Origin: Raja brachyura | Lineage: Eukaryota | Reading direction: 5' to 3' | NCBI GenBank assembly: GCA_963514005.1 | Contig: OY740783.1 | Coordinates: 5,828,001 to 5,892,000 of the forward strand | Length of the DNA stretch: 64,000 nucleotides | In this document: in pieces, positions 57,470 through 64,000 of the stretch | How positions within the stretch are numbered: the stretch's first letter is position 1 | How the letters are laid out: each line of letters opens with the position of its first letter | Program-made: the position numbers and the translations under genes | The notes under the pieces: model-generated | Database searches by the model: none | The model's input: the letters and a program-made list of their open reading frames with translations, nothing else | Told to the model about the DNA's origin: nothing

Positions 57470-58569
57470 GGGGTTTTTGATTTGTTGTTAATAAATATGC
57501 TCTTGTTTTGCAGTATGAACTATTTGAGCAAGTTTGTTCCTCCCATCCATCCCTGCTAGTGGTGTGTCAGCATGGACGTGGTCCAGGGCGTGTAATCACA
57601 GAAGCTTTGAAGTCTTCACGAAGTCACTCACGTGACTCCGAAATGAAATAGTAAGATTGAACGAGAACTTACCAGTTCGAAGGTTGATCGTTATTTCATG
57701 AGGAGTCGCGGTGAGGGATTTCGTGCCCTCCACGCCCAGCCCTCAGTCACCTTCACCTGGTAATTTGAGTCTCTTTCATCTTACTATGCCAAGTCATTTC
57801 TGTTACTGGTTTCTGTGATTCCACACCGCTACTTTGAAGAATGTCGAGCATGCGCGCCGGCGGGCTCTTCACGAAATCCCTCACCGCGACTCCTCATGAA
57901 ATAACGATCAACCTTCGAACTGGTAAGTTCTCGTTCAATCTTACTATTCCCACATACTTGTCAATTTCTAACTGAGCCTCAAGCTCGTCCCCTTTATTCC
58001 TTATACTTCGCGCATTCATATACAACACTTTGACCTCCGCATTTACTTCCCAGCTCGCACCGCTCGTAATTGGCCCTGACCTTACTCTGTTGTCCATTCT
58101 CGAACTTTCCTTCCCATTAATTCGAGAATCTTTTGTAATTTTTCATGTAGTCACTTCCCATTCAAATCCATCTTTACACTCCCAATTTGTCAATCCCTCC
58201 CCCCCACTATTTAGTTTAAACCCTCACGTGTAGCCCTCGCAAACCTGCCTGCCAGAATGTCGGTCCCCCTCCAGTTAAGGTGTAACCCGTCCCTTTTGTA
58301 CAGGTCACCCCTACCCCAGAAGAGATCCCAGTGGTCTATAAATCTAAATCCTTGCTCCTTAGGATCTTTGCTGCTGTTTCTTCAAAATCCACGGGAGATC
58401 TGAGTTAAGTCTGCCTGAGCATAGCCTCTCATTTTTAATTGTTTTCACCCTCTGACTCACTTCTAACTCTCCTCCCACTCGGGCTAGAGCCAACCACTGA
58501 TTTTTCCTGCTTCTCTTTGCTGCTGTTTCTTCAAAATCCACGGGAATCTGAGTTAAGTCTGCCTGTGCT

Positions 58570-61500
58570 TTGCCTATACCTACAGATTGGGCTAACTAAT
58601 TTGGTAACAGTGCTGATGGTGAGGATTTCCAGGAATGTATACGGGATGGATTTTTAAACCAATATGTAGAGGAACCAACTTGAGGGCCGGCCATCCTAGA
58701 CTGGGTACTGTGTAACGAGGAAGGATTCATTAGCAATCTTGTTGTGCAAGGCCCCTTGGGCAACCGTGACCATAATATGGTGGAATTCCACTTTACAATG
58801 GAGAGGGACACTGTTAGTTCAGAGGCGAGGGACCTGAAATTGAATAAAGGAGACTTTGAAGGTATGAGATGGGAACTGGCTAGGATACACTGGCAAATTA
58901 TAGTTAAAGGGTTGACAGTGGAGATGCAATGGCGAAGATTTAAAGAACGCTTGGATAAACTCCATAAATTGTTAGAGTCACAGTCATAGATTGATACAGA
59001 GTGGAAAATGGGCCTTTTGGCCCAACTCGCCCATATTGGCCAACAATGTCCCAGCTACACTAGTCCCACTTGCCTGTGCTTGGTCAATATCCGTCCAATC
59101 CTGTCCAAATATATACCAGTCTAACTGTCTCTTAAACGATGGGATAGTCCCAGCCTCAACTACCCTCTCTGTCAGCTTATTCCATACACCCACCACCCTT
59201 TGTGTGAAAACGTCACCCCTCAGATTTCTGATAAATCATTTCCACTTCACCTTGAACCTATGTCCTCTGGTCCTCGATTCCTCCACTCTGGGCAAAAGAC
59301 TCGGTGCATCTTCCCGATCTATTCCTCTCATGATTTTGTACACCTCTAAAAGATCTCTATTAAATTCTTAAGGGGTTGGACAGGCTAGATGCAAGAAGGT
59401 TGTTCCCGATGTTGGGGAAGTCCAGAACAAGGGGTCACAGTTTAAGGATAAGGGGGAAGTTTTTTAGGACCGTGATGAGAAAAACATTTTTCACACAGAG
59501 AATGGTGAATCTGTGGAATTCTCTGCCACAGAAGGTAGTTGAGGCCAGTTCATTGGCTATATTTAAGAGGGAGTTAGATGTGGCCCTTGTGGCTAAGGGG
59601 ATCAGGGGGTATGGAGAGAAGGCAGTTACGGGATACTGAGTGGGATGATCAGCCATGGTCATATTGAATGGCGGTGCAGGCTCGAAGGGCCGAATGGCTT
59701 ACTCCTGCACCTATTATCTATGTTTCTATTTCCCCTCATCATCCTCCTGTGCTCTTTGGTGAAAAAATAAAACTGCAGAGGCGGCTCAACTGTGGCTGAG
59801 GGTGGAAGACAAGAATAGTGTTAAATCCAAGGAAGAGGCTTATAAATTGGCCAGAAGAAGCGTCAAACCAGGGGAAAAAATTGGAATTCAACAGAGGAGG
59901 ACAAAGGGATTAATTAAGAGGGGGAGAGCATGAAAGAAAGCTTTGTGGGGAATATGAAAATTGACTGTAAAAGTTTATTTAGGTATGTAAAAATAAAAAG
60001 ATTAGCAAAGACATATGTAGGTCCTTCACAGTCAGAGATCGGTGAATTTATAATGGGGAAACAAGGAAATCACAGGACATTTAAACGAGTACTTTGATTC
60101 TGTCCTCAAAAAGGAAGACACAAACAATCTCCCATAAAGACTAGAGGACCGAGGATCTAGTGGGAGGGAGGAACAGAAGGGAATCCACATTAGTCAGAAA
60201 ATGATGTTAGGTAAACTGTTGGGACTGAAGGCAGATAAATCCATAGAGCTTGATGGTCTGCATCCCAGGGTCCACAAGGAGGTGGCCCTTGAAAGGTTGG
60301 ATGCAATAGTGATCATTTTTCACAGTTCTCTCGACTCTGGATCTGTGGACTGGAGAGAAGACAATTGCACTTTTTAAGAAAGGAGGGAGAGAGAAAACGG
60401 GGAATTATAGACCAGTTAGCCTTACATCGGTGGTGGGGAAGATGCTTGAGTCGATTATGAAAGATGTAAAGCAGCGCATTTGGAAAGCAGTGACGGTATC
60501 TGTCAAAGTCAGCATGGATTTAAGAAGGGGAAATCATGCTTGACTAATCTTTTTGGAATTTTTTGAGGATGTAACAAGTTGACTGGATAAGGGAGAGCCA
60601 GTTGATGGGGTGTATCAGGACTTGCAGAAAGCCTTTGACAAGATCCCACACAAGAGATTAGTGTGCAAAATTAGAGCTCTTGGTGTTGGAGGTAGGGTTT
60701 TGACATGGTCAGAGAACTGGTTGGCAAACAGGAAGCAGAGAGTAGCAATTAACGGGTCGTTTTCAGGCAGTGACCCATGGGGTGTCGAAAGGCTCGGTGC
60801 TGGGCCCCCTGTTGTTTACAATATATATTAACAATTTAGATGAGGGAATTAAATAAATTAAACATCTCTAAGTTTACAGGTGATACAAAGATGGTTGGAA
60901 GTGTGGGCTGTGAAGAAGATGCTATGAGGCTGCAGGGCTCATAGCATCTTGTATAGGTTGGGTGAGTAGGCAGAAGCATGGCATATGCAGTATAATGTGG
61001 ATAAATGTGAGGTTATCCACTTTGGTGGCAAGAACAGGAAGGTAGATTTTTATCTGAATGGTGTCAGATTAGGAGAAGGGGAGGTGCCGACTGCAGCTGT
61101 ACAGAGCAATGGTGAGAACACACCTGGAGTATTGTGTGCGATTTTTGTCTCCTAATTTGAGGAAGGACATTATTGCTATTGAGGGGTGCACCATAGGTTC
61201 GGCATGTTAATTGCCGGGATGGCAGATAGGTCAATATGTTTAAAGAATCCGTCTACTGGGCTTGTATTCACTGTAATTTAGGATAAGAGGGGATCATGTA
61301 GACACATATAAAATTCTTAGTTGATTGGACAGGGTAGATGCAAGCAAAATGGTCCCGATGTTGGGGGAGTCCAGAAGCAGGAGTCACAGTTTAAGATTAA
61401 GGGATTTTGGACTGAGATGAGGCAAAACCTTTTCACCCAGAGAGATGTGAATCTGTGGAATTCTGTGCCACAGAAGGCAGTGGAGACCAGTTCACTGGAT

Positions 61501-61660
61501 GTTTTCAAGAGTGAGTTAGATTTACCTCTTAGGGCTAAAGGAATCAATGGTTATGGGGAATAGGTCCTCTAGGAGGGTAGTGATTTTGGATAATCAGCAA
61601 TGATCATATTGAATGGCGGTGTAGGCTCCAAGGGCTGAATGGCCTACTCCTGCACCTGTT

Positions 61661-61703
<43 letters not shown>

Positions 61704-61760
61704 CTTTATTGATCCCCTCAGAGAAATTCAGAAATATTTTCCTGTGGAATATTTTCTATA
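58570..61760. mobile_element. Mosaic of CR1 fragments (mostly plus; a minus copy at about 58975-59355) with (AAT)n at 61663-61698
   Basis: ORFs 58744-58989, 58984-59196, 59376-59639, 60610-60831 and 61321-61563. Confidence 0.8.
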
Positions 61761-62239
61761 TTTCTACCTTTCTATGTTTCAAAACAAAAAACTGAGATCG
61801 AACGGCCCACTCATGCGATTTGTCGGTTACCGTTTGTCTACCTATGTTATAGCAAATTCATTTTAATTCGCTGACATATCGAGCAGGTTCCCCTTGTCTT
61901 CTACACGTCTACTGTTGTACATTAAATCAAAGTGGGGAAAACTAAATTAACTTTATTAACGCCTCATACTTCCCTCTAATTGTTTGTGTTTATGTGGCTC
62001 TGCACAGATGGTCCTTATTATCATAAGAGTGCGCATGGAATAAATGATAAAATGACTAATAGCATAAGGAAGGAATGCATTAAGATTCTGCTGAACCAGA
62101 TTAACCCCCCTCTTCTATATTTTCTGTGGCGATATTGTGATCGATGGGCAAGAGCTCACCATGTAACTGAAAGGAAACACCTGTGTCGGCCGTGCTGCTA
62201 AATTAATCAGACGCTTTCAGTCTGCTGTACAAACACTGG

Positions 62240-63030
62240 AAACATAGAAAATAGGTGCAGGAGTAGGCCATTCGGCCCTTCAAGCCTGCACCGCCATTCA
62301 ATATGATCATGGCTGATCATCCAACTCAGTATTCCGTACCTGCCTTCTCTCCATACCCTCTGATCCCCTTAGCTACAAGGGCCACATCTAACCCCCTCTT
62401 AAATATAGCCAATGAACTGGCCTTAACTACCCTCTGTGGCAGAGAGTTCCAGAGACCCACCACTCTCTATGTGAAAAAAGTATTTCTCATCTCGGTCTCA
62501 AAGGATTTCCCCCTTATCCTTAAGCTGTGACCCCTTGTCCTGGACTTCCCCAACATCGGGAACAATCTTCCTGCATCTAGCCTGTCCAACCCCTTAAGAA
62601 TTTTGTAAGTTTCTATAAGATCTCCTCTCAATCCTCTCTCCTCTCAAAGGTAGTTGAGGCCAGTTCATTGGCTATATTTAAGAGGGCGTTAGATGTGGCA
62701 CTTGTGGCTAAAGGGATCAGGGGGTATGGAGAGAAGGCAGGTACGGGATACTGAGTTGGATGATCAGCCATGATCACATTGAATGGCGGTGCAGGCTCGA
62801 AGGGCCGAATGGCCTACTCCTGCACCTATTTTCTATGTTTCTATGTTTCTATGTAATCTCCTAAATTCTTAACATTTAAAAGTAAAGTGGATAGGTATAT
62901 GGACGGGAAGGGAATGGAGGGGTATGGTCTGAGTGCAGGTAGATGGGACTAGGGGAAAATAAATGGTCGGCACGGACTGGAAGGGCCGAGAAGGCCTGTT
63001 TCCGTGCTGTAATTGTTATATGGTTATAAG
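62240..63030. mobile_element. Oppositely oriented CR1 3' fragments plus a second-family CR1 tail
   Basis: Minus copy 62240-62636, plus copy about 62647-62853, tail fragment 62870-63030. Confidence 0.8.
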
Positions 63031-63632
63031 TAATGCACAAAGAGCCGCCATGATTCTGGCACCGAAAATTATCTATTGAACTGACATCGATGACAGTTCA
63101 GTCAAAAGTCAATTTCTTTGCACCAATAGAACCCGTCCTTGATTTAACCATTTAATCACAGCTAAGTATTATCGGTATATCCGCTGGAGTCACTTTGGGG
63201 GCAATGACACCACTGGTAAATACATGGTTATCTCCGTCAACATTGTTCGTTCAAATTCTACAAGAGCAGAGGAATGTACTGCTCATATACTGAGCAGAGC
63301 CCCCACAATTGTTTTTCAAACAAATATTATAGGGGAGGGTAACCCTTGACGAAGCCCAGTGCTAACGTGGATCTTGGACAAGCAGCAATCAAAGAGAAGC
63401 AGGGAGAAGAGCTTATTGGCTGAAACCCATGGGAAAGGTGAGTAAGTCACAGGGGAAAAACAGTTTAAAACTGAGGAATTTGGTTTGTACATTGGTAAAT
63501 TAGGCAATTTATCAGTCAATATGAGTAAGCTGCTCTCGGGGAGCGGCAGTGAGGAAAGTCTGAATATTTGGCTCAATAGTCTTTGGAGAGGAGGCTACGC
63601 AAAAAGCTGGAGTGGACGAGACGCGGTAAGAT

Positions 63633-64000
63633 GAAACATAGAATATAGGTGCAGGAGGAGGCCATTTGGCCCTTCGAGCCAGCATCGTCATTCATTGTGA
63701 TCATGGCTGATCGTCCCATATCAATAACCCGTGCCTGCCTTCTCCCCATAGTCCTTGACTCCACTAGCCCCTAGAGCTCTATCCAACTATCTCTTAAATC
63801 AATCCAGTGATTTGGCCTCCACTGCCCTCTGTGGTAGGGAAATCCATAAATTCACAACTCTCTGGATGAAAAAGTTTTTTCTCACGTAACTCTTAATTGA
63901 CCTCCCCTTTATTCTAAGACTGTGGCCCCTGGTTCTGGACTCACCCAACATTGGGAAATGTTTTCCTGCTTCTTGCTTGTTCAGTCCTTTTATGATTTTA
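63633..64000 (-). mobile_element. CR1 3' end running off the window
   Basis: CR1 3' UTR and ORF2 C-terminus, matching 26803-27180. Confidence 0.85.

Larger units (their letters stand above)
52616..57948 (+). mobile_element. Full-length DIRS1-like retrotransposon B (5333 bp)
   Basis: ITRs 52643-52677 / 57841-57875 (2 mismatches). ICR 57613-57725 is complementary to both termini. ATT at both ends. Three open ORFs. Confidence 0.96.
49805..58357 (-). mobile_element. Near-complete CR1 (ORF1 end + ORF2, frameshifted) split by DIRS B (49805-52615 and 57949-58357)
   Basis: ORFs 49892-52536 and 57894-58097 (YMNARSIRNK) are colinear across the DIRS insertion. Confidence 0.88.

Noticed and set aside
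58365-58566. Roughly 50-bp direct repeat pair, considered as a regulatory or CRISPR-like array
   Set aside because: Only two copies, adjacent to the CR1 5' region in a vertebrate genome; most likely LINE 5' UTR repeats.

Overview
Repeat-rich eukaryotic DNA from a cartilaginous fish, most likely a skate or ray (judged from Ig sequence style, cluster-type IgH organisation and the CR1/HE1-like repeat content). The only host gene I can support is one complete, germline-unrearranged IgM heavy-chain cluster on the minus strand, spanning about 15.0-35.4 kb. It comprises leader, VH-23RSS, 12-D1-22, 12-D2-12, 23-JH, Cmu1-Cmu4 with secretory tail, TM1 and TM2. All exons are open and phase-compatible. 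The rest is mostly retroelements: many nested CR1 LINE copies (one with an intact 971-aa ORF2 inside the Cmu1-Cmu2 intron), Rex1/Babar, L1 and Penelope fragments, SINEs, a solo LTR, two MITE-like elements, two near-intact DIRS1-like tyrosine-recombinase retrotransposons and a third DIRS fragment. The most notable observations are these. (1) Splice signals are conserved across two diverged DIRS elements and would join the pol ATG in frame to the recombinase ORF, suggesting a spliced multi-mRNA expression scheme. (2) A 126-bp inverted duplication in the JH-Cmu intron carries a perfect octamer in each arm and is a candidate intronic enhancer. (3) The TM1-TM2 intron is GC-AG, its branch point appears to have been displaced and replaced by a CR1 insertion, and read-through would give a long cytoplasmic tail. 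(4) The V RSS has a degenerate nonamer and a spacer shared with the D1 12-RSS.
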